NCBI GenBank assembly: GCA_963851265.1
Contig: CAWKNZ010000002.1
Coordinates: 1,408,001-1,472,000 of the forward strand
Direction of reading: 5' to 3'
Length of the DNA stretch: 64,000 bases
Source of the DNA: an uncultured Gemmatimonadales bacterium
Lineage (GTDB): Bacteria; Gemmatimonadota; Gemmatimonadetes; Gemmatimonadales; Gemmatimonadaceae
Under the pieces are notes generated by a model, which saw only the letters and a program-made list of their open reading frames with translations, searched no databases and was not told the DNA's origin. Each line of letters opens with the position of its first letter. The stretch's first letter is position 1. Below are positions 1 through 13,035 of the stretch, piece by piece. The translations under genes and the position numbers were made by a program.

Positions 1-100
1 CTCCCGCGCCCTCTCGGGCGGAGTACCATCGGCGCTGTCGGGCTTAACGACCGTGTTCGGGATGGGAACGGGTGTGGCCCCGACGCTCTAGTCGCCAGCG
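1..100 (-). rRNA. rrf: 5S rRNA (3' end cut off by window edge)
   Basis: Reverse complement contains the 5S signature CACCCGTTCCCATCCCGAACACGGTCGTTAAGCC...GCCGATGGTACT; lies downstream of 23S. Confidence 0.95.
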
Positions 101-136
101 ATATGTATTACGGATATTAAAGCGGCAATGCCGCTC

Positions 137-163
137 GACAAACGTGTGGCAGTGAATGGAAAC
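137..163 (-). other. 3' arm of pre-23S processing stem
   Basis: GACAAACGTGTGGCAGTGAATGGAAAC is a near-perfect inverted repeat of 3319-3346 in the ITS. Confidence 0.85.
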
Positions 164-230
164 AATAGGGGTGACGCCTGCGCCTCATGTTGTTGCCCTT
201 TCGCGCCTTCTGACGAAGACGGAGAGGGGA

Positions 231-3178
<2,948 letters not shown>

Positions 3179-3318
3179 ACCGCATTCTGGGTGGGCAGGC
3201 GTCACTTGTGTAGCGTTAGCGCGCAATCGCCTAACGCGACACGTCCTTCTCGTTCCCAGCAACGCACCCGATCACCGTCACTGACGGCCGATCGAGCTGG
3301 CGTGCTCGGTTCGATTCC

Positions 3319-3353
3319 GTTCCCATTCACTGCCACATCGTTTGTCAAACAGC
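3319..3353 (-). promoter_or_regulatory. ITS boxA-like element plus 5' arm of pre-23S processing stem
   Basis: Minus strand GCTGTTTGACAA (3342-3353) resembles boxA and overlaps the arm complementary to 137-163. Confidence 0.7.
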
Positions 3354-3395
3354 TCGCGCCGAACGGCAGCAAAGCTACCGAACGGCGTACGCCGA

Positions 3396-3426
3396 AATCG
3401 TACGTGAGATCGAGTATGTCGAGGCG
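3396..3426 (-). other. 3' arm of pre-16S processing stem
   Basis: AATCGTACGTGAGATCGAGTATGTCGAGGCG is an imperfect inverted repeat of leader 5138-5168. Confidence 0.8.
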
Positions 3427-3485
3427 TGCGACTACCAATTGAGGTCTTTCGTCTGCCCGGGTGGGCAGCGTACTCGACGCTCCGG

Positions 3486-5018
<1,533 letters not shown>

Positions 5019-5137
5019 TGTTTGAAACGCTCAACCCGAACGCGGTTCCCGCTGAACGCGGTTACCCGCGTCCGGAATCACAATCGAATGTCAGGATGAA
5101 CTCTCCCCGACGCCCTGACGCGTCGGATCATCGAGTC

Positions 5138-5178
5138 CGCCTCGCACATCCTCGATCTCACTACGATTGTCAATCAGC
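5138..5178 (-). promoter_or_regulatory. rrn leader boxA-like element and 5' arm of pre-16S stem
   Basis: Minus strand GCTGATTGACAA (5167-5178) matches the ITS copy at 11/12 positions; the adjacent arm pairs with 3396-3426. Confidence 0.7.
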
Positions 5179-5210
5179 TCTTCGTCTCGCCTCGCGAGAG
5201 GCGACTTCTA

Positions 5211-5239
5211 ATTCTACTGCGGTCTGGTCAGCGCGTCAA
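5211..5239 (-). promoter_or_regulatory. sigma70-type rrn promoter
   Basis: TTGACG-N17-TAGAAT about 190 nt upstream of 16S. Confidence 0.85.
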
Positions 5240-5492
5240 GTGTTTATCGGCGATTTCTCGTTCCAACTTCACTTGATGTCTCGCGTGCAACCCGTTGTTG
5301 CGTCTTGCGTTGCGTCGCCGTGCCGTCCGACTCCTGCATCGTAACCGCGCCGCGAATGCTCCGCAACCCCTTGTTCATTTCGAAGTGCCCGTCTCGGATT
5401 CGTCGCTTGCGCGTGACACGATCGGGGCCGTCCTCGCTGACGACGCACGTCGCGAAACGACACGCGTGGCGGCGTCGAACACCGGGGCGCAG

Positions 5493-5528
5493 AACGGGGC
5501 CGCTCTCGAAACGCAGAGTGGCCCCGTT
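5493..5528 (-). terminator. hairpin downstream of tRNA-Lys (probable terminator)
   Basis: AACGGGGCCGCTCT...AGAGTGGCCCCGTT inverted repeat directly 3' of the tRNA; weak U-tract. Confidence 0.6.
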
Positions 5529-5532
5529 GTAG

Positions 5533-5604
5533 TGCACCGTCTAGGACTCGAACCTAGAACCTACTGATTAAGAGTCAGCTGCTCTACCATTGAGCTAACG
5601 GTGC
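5533..5604 (-). tRNA. tRNA-Lys(CTT), no encoded CCA
   Basis: GCACCGT acceptor stem, anticodon arm GCTGA-CTCTTAA-TCAGT, GGTTCGAGTCC T-loop. Confidence 0.97.
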
Positions 5605-5639
5605 GAACGGAGGTCAAAAAATACCGAACGCCGGCGACG

Positions 5640-5713
5640 CGCGCCAGGAGGGACTCGAACCCCCGACCAGCAGCTTAGAAGGCTGCCGCTCTATCCACCT
5701 GAGCTACTGGCGC
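5640..5713 (-). tRNA. tRNA-Arg(TCT), no encoded CCA
   Basis: GCGCCAG acceptor stem, GCAGC-CTTCTAA-GCTGC anticodon arm, GGTTCGAGTCC T-loop. Confidence 0.97.
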
Positions 5714-5772
5714 CGGATCGTGAGCCGAGGCGCTCGCTCCGCGCTTCGCGCCGCTGCCTCGTGTTGCGGTAG

Positions 5773-5846
5773 TCGGGGCGACTGGATTCGAACCAGCGAC
5801 CTCCTGCTCCCAAAGCAGGCGCGATACCAGGCTACGCTACGCCCCG
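5773..5846 (-). tRNA. tRNA-Pro(TGG), no encoded CCA
   Basis: CGGGGCG acceptor stem, CCTGC-TTTGGGA-GCAGG anticodon arm, GGTTCGAATCC T-loop. Confidence 0.97.
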
Positions 5847-5857
5847 GACGTGCCAGG

Positions 5858-5886
5858 AGTGTACGCCGTACGCGGAAACGCGTCAA
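5858..5886 (-). promoter_or_regulatory. sigma70-type promoter of the tRNA cluster
   Basis: TTGACG-N17-TACACT ending 11 nt before tRNA-Pro. Confidence 0.8.
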
Positions 5887-5916
5887 CGGTCTCGCGGCCG
5901 TTCGTGGCCGCTCCGG

Positions 5917-6564
5917 TCACGGACTCGGACGCCACGCCCCCAGTGCGGCCGCGAGTCGCTCGAATGCCCGCGTTCGATGGCTCACGGACGCCTTCTCTGC
6001 GCGCGTCGCGTCACCGAACCCGAGTTGTAATTCGTCGCTCCAGAACACGGGGTCGTAACCAAATCCACTCGTGCCGCGCGCAGCGGCGAGGATCCGACCA
6101 GCCGTCCGGCCAACGCACACGACCTCCCGCTTTCCGTCTCGGAACGCGACCGCGCACACGAACTCCGCGCGGCGATCGGCGACATCGCGCAACTCTTCCA
6201 AAAGCCGTGCACAATTCGCATCGGACACGTCGGTGTCGCTCCCAACCGCACCGGCGTACCGTCGGCTTCGCACCCCGGGAGCACCCCCCAACGCGGCGAC
6301 GCACAGGCCCGAATCGTCGGCGAGCACGGCGCGGCCGGCCGCACGCGCGGCGAAGTAGTTCGCCTTCGCGCGCGCGTTCTCCTCGAATGTCGCGCCGCTC
6401 TCGATCTCGTCCTCGAGCGGGTCCGGCTCGATCCCGGCGGTCTGAAGGTCGACCACGAAGACGCCAAGCGGTTCGAGCAACGCGCGCAGCTCCGCTGCCT
6501 TGCCGGGATTGCGCGTCGCGACGATCAGCTCGCGGGACTGGAGGATCGGCGCGGACGGCCGCAT
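5917..6564 (-). CDS. rdgB: Non-canonical purine NTP pyrophosphatase (RdgB/HAM1)
   Basis: ATRNPGK, TFEENARAKA, ADDSGL, PGVRS, GFGYDPVF and SHR motifs; follows rph. Confidence 0.95.
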   Translation of the reverse strand: MRPSAPILQSRELIVATRNPGKAAELRALLEPLGVFVVDLQTAGIEPDPLEDEIESGATFEENARAKANYFAARAAGRAVLADDSGLCVAALGGAPGVRSRRYAGAVGSDTDVSDANCARLLEELRDVADRRAEFVCAVAFRDGKREVVCVGRTAGRILAAARGTSGFGYDPVFWSDELQLGFGDATRAEKASVSHRTRAFERLAAALGAWRPSP

Positions 6565-6572
6565 CGTCCCGT

Positions 6573-7331
6573 TTACCCGCGCATGGCGGTGCCGAGGACT
6601 GACGACTGCGCGCGGTCAAGCGTGCGGATACCCTGTTCGGCGAGCGCGATCAGCGCGTCCAGCTCCGCCCGCGTGAACGTCCCATGCTCGCCGGTTCCCT
6701 GCACCTCGACGAAGCCGCCCTCGCTACTCATCACGACGTTCATGTCGACACCGGCGCGGACGTCTTCATCGTACTCGAGGTCGAGCCGTGGTTCGCCGTC
6801 GACGAGTCCGACGCTCACCGCGGCAACTCGGCGCTTGATCGGCGACAGCGCGAGATCTCCCGCGCGGACGACGCTGTCAAACGCATCGACTACCGCAACC
6901 GCGGCGCCCGTGATGGCCGCCGTACGGGTTCCGCCGTCGGCCTGCAGCACGTCGCAATCGATGCGGGCCGTGTACTCACCGAAGGCGAAATCGTCGAGCA
7001 TCGCTCGTACGCTCCGCCCGATCAGCCGCTGGATTTCCTGGGTACGGCCGCCGAGCTGACTCCGTTCGCGCTGCGTCCGCGTGCGCGTCGCGCGCGGGAG
7101 CATGGCATACTCAGCGGTCAGCCACCCCTGCCCCGAGCCGCGCCGCCACCCGGGAACACCTTTCTCGACGCTCGCCGTGCAGAGCACGCGCGTCTTGCCG
7201 AACGATACGAGGCACGAGCCTTCGGCGTATTCCGCGACGTCGCGTTCCAGCGTCACCGCACGTAAGGCGTCGTTGGCTCGCCCGAAACGCGGGCTCGCGA
7301 CTGGCTGGGCGTCACCCAGGTTCGTTTCCAC
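6573..7331 (-). CDS. rph: Ribonuclease PH
   Basis: [60 protein letters not shown]. Confidence 0.98.
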   Translation of the reverse strand: METNLGDAQPVASPRFGRANDALRAVTLERDVAEYAEGSCLVSFGKTRVLCTASVEKGVPGWRRGSGQGWLTAEYAMLPRATRTRTQRERSQLGGRTQEIQRLIGRSVRAMLDDFAFGEYTARIDCDVLQADGGTRTAAITGAAVAVVDAFDSVVRAGDLALSPIKRRVAAVSVGLVDGEPRLDLEYDEDVRAGVDMNVVMSSEGGFVEVQGTGEHGTFTRAELDALIALAEQGIRTLDRAQSSVLGTAMRG

Positions 7332-7806
7332 GAAGTTGCTCCACGATGCGGGTGGTCGACTGGCCCGGGGTCAGCGGGACGACAACAACCGACCCGCCCC
7401 GGGCACGAACCTCCGCCGCGCCGACGATGGTGTCGGGGTCGTAATCGCCGCCCTTCACGATCACGTCGGGGGTGATCGCCTGCACGAGCGCGAGCGGCGT
7501 GTCCTCGTCGAAGAGTACAACCGCGTCGACGCTTTCCAGACCGGCGACGACGTACGCGCGTTCGGCCTCGGTGCGGACGGGGCGTGTCGGCCCTTTCAGG
7601 CGTCGTACCGATGCGTCGGTGTTCAACGCGACGACGAGAGCGTCACCGCACCGGCGAGCCCCGACGAGTACGTCGATGTGCCCCGGGTGCAGGAGGTCGA
7701 AGACGCCGTTGGTGAACACGACACGCCCGGTCTGGCGCGCCCGCCATTCGACGACCTGCTCGCGGCGCATCACCTTGCGCGCCGGCGCAAATAACGCGGC
7801 GTTCAC
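7312..7806 (-). CDS. rfaE2: ADP-heptose synthase, adenylyltransferase domain (stand-alone RfaE domain II); start uncertain
   Basis: [44 protein letters not shown]. Confidence 0.93.
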   Translation of the reverse strand: MNAALFAPARKVMRREQVVEWRARQTGRVVFTNGVFDLLHPGHIDVLVGARRCGDALVVALNTDASVRRLKGPTRPVRTEAERAYVVAGLESVDAVVLFDEDTPLALVQAITPDVIVKGGDYDPDTIVGAAEVRARGGSVVVVPLTPGQSTTRIVEQLRGNEPG

Positions 7807-7819
7807 GCAGCGGCGCTCC

Positions 7820-8392
7820 TCACCATTGCGACTGCGCACCTTCGATCAGGTCGGTCACGAGTTGCTGCACGGCTTGCTGCCGGCCGGACACTTCCTGCCG
7901 CTCGGCATAGTCCGCCTTCTCGGTGAGCGCCTTGCGCTCGTACAGCGTCCGCCCCGACGACTGATCGATGATCGCCACGTCGACTACGAGTTGCAACTGA
8001 CGTCGCGCCTGCGTCGACTGGCCGCCGGCGCTGTACCCGACCGGAACGTCGGCGTCGTACTTGACGATCGACCCGCGGACGATCGCATCCGCTTTCGACT
8101 CCGACGCGTCGCGCAGATTGAGACGCTGGAAGAGCTGCGTGCGAAGCGCATCGAACACGTCGCGCTGCAACTCCGGAATCGGCGTCTGATTGTCGAACGG
8201 GAGGACGGCGATCGTGCGGATGTTGGGCGGCAGGCCGCCGCCCGCGAAATGATACGGGCTCAGGCGGCATGCGTTCGCGGTGAGGAGCGTCGCGCCGACG
8301 ATAACGGCACGCGCCGCGGCCCGCGCGTGCGCGGCGATCGCTTCGACGTTCGACATGGGATGGCTCGTTCGGGCGTCGCGCGGTGTGCTCAT
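7820..8392 (-). CDS. LptE-family LPS assembly lipoprotein
   Basis: Lipobox-like TANAC; YHFAGGGLPPNIRTIAVLPFDNQT and ADAIVRGSI typical of this family. Confidence 0.75.
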   Translation of the reverse strand: MSTPRDARTSHPMSNVEAIAAHARAAARAVIVGATLLTANACRLSPYHFAGGGLPPNIRTIAVLPFDNQTPIPELQRDVFDALRTQLFQRLNLRDASESKADAIVRGSIVKYDADVPVGYSAGGQSTQARRQLQLVVDVAIIDQSSGRTLYERKALTEKADYAERQEVSGRQQAVQQLVTDLIEGAQSQW

Positions 8393-9036
8393 CGCGCGGC
8401 CACTGGCGTGTCGCGCGTGACGTCGATGACGAGCGATCGACGCTCGACCTCGTGCCGATATGCGACGTGTTGATCGCCGCGCACGACGCGCTCGGTCACA
8501 CGCCCCTCGTCGATGCGTTCGACGAGGCGAAGAGTGTCGCGCACGACCGTCACGCGCCAGGTCGGCGCATGACCGATGTCGGCGCGCAACGTATCGCCGG
8601 CCTGGCGGAGGATGGTGTCAGCGGACGCGGGGAGCGCGAGTCGGCCAAGCGCCGCCCACAACAGTGGGGCGGCGGGCAGGAGCCGCCGAACGATGTCGCG
8701 GTTCGGGATTTGGAGGTCGTTGCCCGTCAAGCGAGCGGTCCCTCCGCCGAAGCCGCCGGCGAGGAAAAACTGCAGCTGCGCGGTGTCCGGCGGCGTGACG
8801 CGGGCGACGCCGTCGCCGCGAGCCGACACGCCGTCCTGCTCGTCGTAGCGCCACGTGAACGCGACTCGGCGCGCGACGGGCGGCAGCTCGACGCGCGGCA
8901 ACCGGGCCGCGCGCGGGACCGGCGCGCCCGCTAGCGGGGACGCGCGCGGAACACAGCCGACCGACGTTGCTCCACCCACGACGGTCGCGATCGCCGCCGA
9001 TCGCAGCAAGCGGTGCGCGCGGCACGGAGCGCTCAC
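8389..9036 (-). CDS. Hypothetical lipoprotein
   Basis: Signal-like N-terminus ending SVGC; start and stop overlap both neighbours. Confidence 0.65.
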   Translation of the reverse strand: MSAPCRAHRLLRSAAIATVVGGATSVGCVPRASPLAGAPVPRAARLPRVELPPVARRVAFTWRYDEQDGVSARGDGVARVTPPDTAQLQFFLAGGFGGGTARLTGNDLQIPNRDIVRRLLPAAPLLWAALGRLALPASADTILRQAGDTLRADIGHAPTWRVTVVRDTLRLVERIDEGRVTERVVRGDQHVAYRHEVERRSLVIDVTRDTPVAAR

Positions 9037-9488
9037 GAGTCGGCCCTCGCAGCCGTGGGCGCGTCCGGTCCGACGTCGCCCGCACGCGCGCGCTGGAACG
9101 CGTCGCGGACGGTCGGTGGGAGCGACGTGAGCTTCCCACCGCGGTCGATGGCGATGAGTCGAGTGGACGCGCTGACGAGTTTCGCCCCGGATTCCGCGTT
9201 GACGATCGCGTACTCGAACGTCAAGGCACGAGATCGTACGTCGGTGAGTCTGGTCTCGATCCGGACGCGGTCGTCGTAAGTCGCGGGGGAGTGAAATCGA
9301 AGTGACGCCTCACTGACGGCGAGGCCGACTCCGTTCGCCTCCATCTCGCGATAGGGCATCCCCACGGCACGAACGAATTCGGTCCGCCCTACCTCGCACC
9401 ACACGAGATAGTTGGCGTGGTAAACGACGCCCATCTGGTCGGTTTCGGCGTAGCGGACGCGTAACTCGGTCACGTGCACAGGGATCAC
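9033..9488 (-). CDS. Acyl-CoA thioesterase (YbgC/4HBT hot-dog family)
   Basis: RVRYAETDQMGVVYHANYLVWCEVGRTE. Confidence 0.93.
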   Translation of the reverse strand: MIPVHVTELRVRYAETDQMGVVYHANYLVWCEVGRTEFVRAVGMPYREMEANGVGLAVSEASLRFHSPATYDDRVRIETRLTDVRSRALTFEYAIVNAESGAKLVSASTRLIAIDRGGKLTSLPPTVRDAFQRARAGDVGPDAPTAARADS

Positions 9489-9517
9489 CCCTTCAAGATC
9501 GCGGTCGCCGGGAGGCT

Positions 9518-9546
9518 TTGTCCAGCGTGACGGCGGCGGCTAGACT
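9518..9546 (+). promoter_or_regulatory. Probable promoter giving a leaderless or very short-leader lpxH mRNA
   Basis: TTGTCC-N17-TAGACT, 8 nt before the GTG start. Confidence 0.55.
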
Positions 9547-9554
9547 CTCGCCGC

Positions 9555-10319
9555 GTGTTGCCCGCCCCCTGCTACGTGATTTCGGACGCTCACCTCGGCG
9601 TCGCCGACGCGTCCGCCGAGCGCATGCTGCTGGAGTTCCTCCGGTCGCTCCGCGACGGCGCCGGATCGCTCCTGATCAACGGCGATCTGTTCGACTTCTG
9701 GTTCGAGTGGCAGAGCGTGATGCCACGCCGGGGATACCGCATTCTCGCAGCCCTTGCGGACCTCAAGGATGCCGGGCTGCCGATCACGTGGATCGCCGGA
9801 AACCACGATTGCTGGGGTGGTGAGATCATCCGCGACGACGTCGGCGTCGATTTCCACGTCGGACCGTGGATCGGGACGTTGGCTGGGTGGCGCGCGCGCG
9901 TCGAGCACGGTGACGGGTTGCGCGCGCGCGAGGACCGCCCCTATCGCGCGATGCGTCGCGTGCTTCGGCACCCGGCCGCGATTCGCGCTTACCGCGCGCT
10001 CCATCCCGATTGGGCGACCGGGCTCGCGCTCCGGAGTTCGCACACGAGCCGTTCGCTCGGGCCGGGGGACGGCGGCCACGGTCTTCGCGCCGTTGCGCTC
10101 ACGGCGCTCGCGGCCGATCCGTCGATCGACCTGGTCGTCTACGGGCACTCACACGTCCGCGCCCTGGAACGTGCGCCGGGTGGGGGTGTTTTCGCGAACC
10201 CGGGCGCTTGGCTGCTCGAACCGACCTATCTGCGCGTCACGCCCGACGCGATTGCCGCGTGCGAGTGGGACGGGTCAGCCGAGGGTAAGCGTCTCGACGT
10301 CATGGAGCGGCGCGCCTAG
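9555..10319 (+). CDS. lpxH: UDP-2,3-diacylglucosamine diphosphatase (LpxH-like metallophosphoesterase)
   Basis: ISDAHLG, GDLFDFW, GNHD, HGD and GHSH motifs. Confidence 0.85.
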   Translation: MLPAPCYVISDAHLGVADASAERMLLEFLRSLRDGAGSLLINGDLFDFWFEWQSVMPRRGYRILAALADLKDAGLPITWIAGNHDCWGGEIIRDDVGVDFHVGPWIGTLAGWRARVEHGDGLRAREDRPYRAMRRVLRHPAAIRAYRALHPDWATGLALRSSHTSRSLGPGDGGHGLRAVALTALAADPSIDLVVYGHSHVRALERAPGGGVFANPGAWLLEPTYLRVTPDAIAACEWDGSAEGKRLDVMERRA

Positions 10320-11081
10320 GAAGTGCCGCGCCGTGCGGGCGAACTGATCGGCCGCGTCGCTCACCACGTAATGCGTCGTACCCGCGCGATCGCTGGGAGC
10401 TGCCAAGCCGCGACTTCGCAACACGGTCCCGGTGTCGGCCGCGGCCTCCTCCGCGCTGTCGATGAGGCGGATGTCGGGGCCGACGACCTCGGCGATCACC
10501 GGCTTGAGGAGCGGGTAGTGGGTGCAGCCGAGGACGAGCGTGGTGACCCCGTCGGTGCGGAACGGTGCCAGGTACTCCTCCGTGACCAGCCGCGTTGCGG
10601 GGTGATCGGTCCAGCCTTCCTCGACGAACGGGACGAGGAGCGGGCAGGCGCGAGCCGTGACATTCGCCTGCGGGGCGATGGCCGCGATCGCGCGTTCGTA
10701 CGCGCCCGAGCGGACGGTACCAGCAGTCCCGATGACGCCTATGCCGCCGGAGCCGGCGCTACGCACGGCGGCGCGCGCACCGGGGCCCACGACGCCGATG
10801 ACCGGAACGGGAAGCTCTGCTTCCAGCATGGGAAGGGCGTGCGCAGTCGCAGTGTTGCAAGCGACGACGACGGCCTTCACGCCGCGCGTGAGCAGGAACG
10901 CGCCGATCTCGCGGCTATACCGTTGAACCGTCTCGGGGCTCTTGGGCCCGTAAGGAACGCGGGCCGTGTCGCCGAAGTAGACGATGTCCTCGGCCGGGAG
11001 TTGGCGGCGCAGTTCGCGCACGACCGTGAGGCCGCCGATGCCGGAATCGAACACGCCGATGGGAGCGCCCGCGTCCGTCAT
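10275..11081 (-). CDS. murI: Glutamate racemase
   Basis: PIGVFDSGIGGLTV, DTARVPYG, VACNTATA, VLGCTHYPLL; ATG at 11081. Confidence 0.97.
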   Translation of the reverse strand: MTDAGAPIGVFDSGIGGLTVVRELRRQLPAEDIVYFGDTARVPYGPKSPETVQRYSREIGAFLLTRGVKAVVVACNTATAHALPMLEAELPVPVIGVVGPGARAAVRSAGSGGIGVIGTAGTVRSGAYERAIAAIAPQANVTARACPLLVPFVEEGWTDHPATRLVTEEYLAPFRTDGVTTLVLGCTHYPLLKPVIAEVVGPDIRLIDSAEEAAADTGTVLRSRGLAAPSDRAGTTHYVVSDAADQFARTARHFLGAPLHDVETLTLG

Positions 11082-11091
11082 GCCCGATCGC

Positions 11092-11802
11092 TCACCACGT
11101 GATCGAGAGCGCGACGACCGTCCCCTGCGACGACGGTCGTGCCGAGATCTGGGCGGGCAAGTCGTAGAGGTTGGCCGAAACGAACGCCTCGGCACCGCTG
11201 ATCAGGTGGTTGAAGACGAGCGCGGCGATCCAGTCCTCACGATGCAGGCGCCGCGCACGCACGAGATCCCCGGGGAAGCCGCCGAGCTGCTGCGGCGGCT
11301 TCGCCTTTGGATTCCCGAGCGAATCCAGCGGGTAGCTGCTGGGGACACTGTCGGCACGGAACGATTGGACGCTGCGCAGGTCCGCGTTGGACTTGATCAG
11401 CATCGCGATGATCCCGAACTCGAGACCGACGAAGACGGCGCCGGCCGTCGGGCGCTGGAGTTTCGATTGTCCGAGGCCCGGGACGAGCAGCGACGAGAAG
11501 AATGCCCGCCCGGGCGGGACCGGCGGGAGCAGGCCGGGACGTCGCGCGGCGACGGGGCGCCGTCGCGGTCCGCGCGCAGGGCGCGTGGAAGTGTCGGCCG
11601 CGGAGCGCGGCACGGTATCGCGCGGCGTCGCGGCGCGCGGCGCCGTATCGCGCGGCGTCGCGGCGCGCGGCGCCGTATCGCGCGGCGCGGGCACGGACGG
11701 GACGACGCTGGACGGTGTCGGTTGCGCCGGTGAGACTCGGGCGGCGAACATGCCGGCCGCCAACACCAGTCCGGTCGCGACGTGCCGCCGACGCGTCGTC
11801 AC
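11092..11802 (-). CDS. Hypothetical exported/membrane protein (DUF5683-like), start uncertain
   Basis: Signal peptide, low-complexity repeat, RAFFSSLLVPGLGQ motif, C-terminal ...VVALSITW. Confidence 0.65.
   Translation of the reverse strand: MTTRRRHVATGLVLAAGMFAARVSPAQPTPSSVVPSVPAPRDTAPRAATPRDTAPRAATPRDTVPRSAADTSTRPARGPRRRPVAARRPGLLPPVPPGRAFFSSLLVPGLGQSKLQRPTAGAVFVGLEFGIIAMLIKSNADLRSVQSFRADSVPSSYPLDSLGNPKAKPPQQLGGFPGDLVRARRLHREDWIAALVFNHLISGAEAFVSANLYDLPAQISARPSSQGTVVALSITW
11615..11687. repeat. In-frame 30-bp tandem repeat (2.4 copies)
   Basis: GTATCGCGCGGCGTCGCGGCGCGCGGCGCC twice plus a partial copy; encodes APRAATPRDT. Confidence 0.9.
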
Positions 11803-11806
11803 CGCG

Positions 11807-12190
11807 TCACCCGCCGACTGTCGCGACCACTTCGATCTCGACACGCGCGCCGCGCGGCAGGCCTGCGACCGCGACCGTGGAGCGTGCCGGGCGCGCATCG
11901 CCGAGGTGGCGAGCGTAGACGTCGTTGACGCGACCGAAATCGGCCATGTCGGCGAGGAAAATCGTCGTTTTCACGACGCTCGCCCACGACGCACCCGCGG
12001 CGGCGAGCACGGCGTCGAGATTGCGGAGAACCTGTCCCGCCTGCTCCGCGACGTCGCCTGCGACCAACTCCATCGTCGCGGGATCGAGTGGGATCTGCCC
12101 CGCGGTGAACACAAATCCGTTGGCGACGACCGCCTGTGCGTACGGACCGATGGCGGCAGGCGCGCGGCCGGTGTGGATGGCGTTGATCAT
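11807..12190 (-). CDS. ridA: RidA/YjgF enamine deaminase
   Basis: APAAIGPYAQAV, GQIPLDP, VVKTTIFL, PARSTVAVAGLP, VEIE. Confidence 0.95.
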   Translation of the reverse strand: MINAIHTGRAPAAIGPYAQAVVANGFVFTAGQIPLDPATMELVAGDVAEQAGQVLRNLDAVLAAAGASWASVVKTTIFLADMADFGRVNDVYARHLGDARPARSTVAVAGLPRGARVEIEVVATVGG

Positions 12191-12208
12191 GTGCGAGTTG
12201 GGACGGCG

Positions 12209-13006
12209 TTAGGCGGCGAACGTCGGGATCGCGCCCGGCAAGCCGAACAGGCGACGGGCGTTGTCTACGGTCTGCGCCGCGAGTTCGGCGGGATCGCTGC
12301 CGCGCAACTCGGCCAGACGACGCACGGTGCACTCGACCCACGCGGGCTCGTTGCGCCGGCCGCGATGTGGCACGGGCGCGAGATACGGGGCATCGCTCTC
12401 GACGAGCAGCCGGTCTGCCGGTACGGTGGCAAGCGCGGCCGCGTTATCCCACCGCTTGAACGTGATCATGCCGCTGAAGCTCACGTACCAGCCTACACGG
12501 ACGGCCGCGGCGGCGAGGTCGGGTGGGCCCGCGAAGCAGTGCAGGACGCCGCCGACTCCCGCGCGTTCGGCGTCGTTCAGCAGCGAGTGCGTGTCCTCGT
12601 CTGCCTCGCGCGAGTGGACGACGAGCGGGCGTCCGGTTTCGGCCGCCAGCGCGAGCTGGGCGTCGAGGGCGCGGCGTTGCGCGTCCCGCGGCGCGTGATC
12701 GTAGTGGTAATCGAGACCGCATTCCCCGACCGCGACCGCCCCGGCGTCGAGGAGCGCTCGCAAGCGAGGCACGTCGCGCGCGCCGTCGAATGCGGCCGCG
12801 TCGTGGGGGTGCACGCCCGCGGTGAACACGACGAACCCGGAGTACGCGTCGGCTATGCGGCGTGCGCGTTCGGCCGCCTCCACCGACTCGCCGATGCAGA
12901 CCACGGCGAGCGCGCCGGCCGCGCGGGCGCGCTCGACGACGGTCTCGCGGTCGCCGTCGAACGCGGGGTCGGCGAGGTGCGTGTGGCTGTCGACGAACGG
13001 CAGCAC
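12209..13006 (-). CDS. tatD: TatD-family hydrolase
   Basis: DSHTHL, GVHPH, AVGECGLDY, HSRE, HCF, ESDAPYLAP; GTG start preceded by GGGAG. Confidence 0.95.
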   Translation of the reverse strand: MLPFVDSHTHLADPAFDGDRETVVERARAAGALAVVCIGESVEAAERARRIADAYSGFVVFTAGVHPHDAAAFDGARDVPRLRALLDAGAVAVGECGLDYHYDHAPRDAQRRALDAQLALAAETGRPLVVHSREADEDTHSLLNDAERAGVGGVLHCFAGPPDLAAAAVRVGWYVSFSGMITFKRWDNAAALATVPADRLLVESDAPYLAPVPHRGRRNEPAWVECTVRRLAELRGSDPAELAAQTVDNARRLFGLPGAIPTFAA

Positions 13007-13035
13007 GACGGACGCTCCCACGCGGTCCGGGAGCG

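Noticed and set aside
5240..5530. Integrated element remnant or small ORF between tRNA-Lys and rrn
   Set aside because: No att duplication, integrase fragment or credible coding signal.
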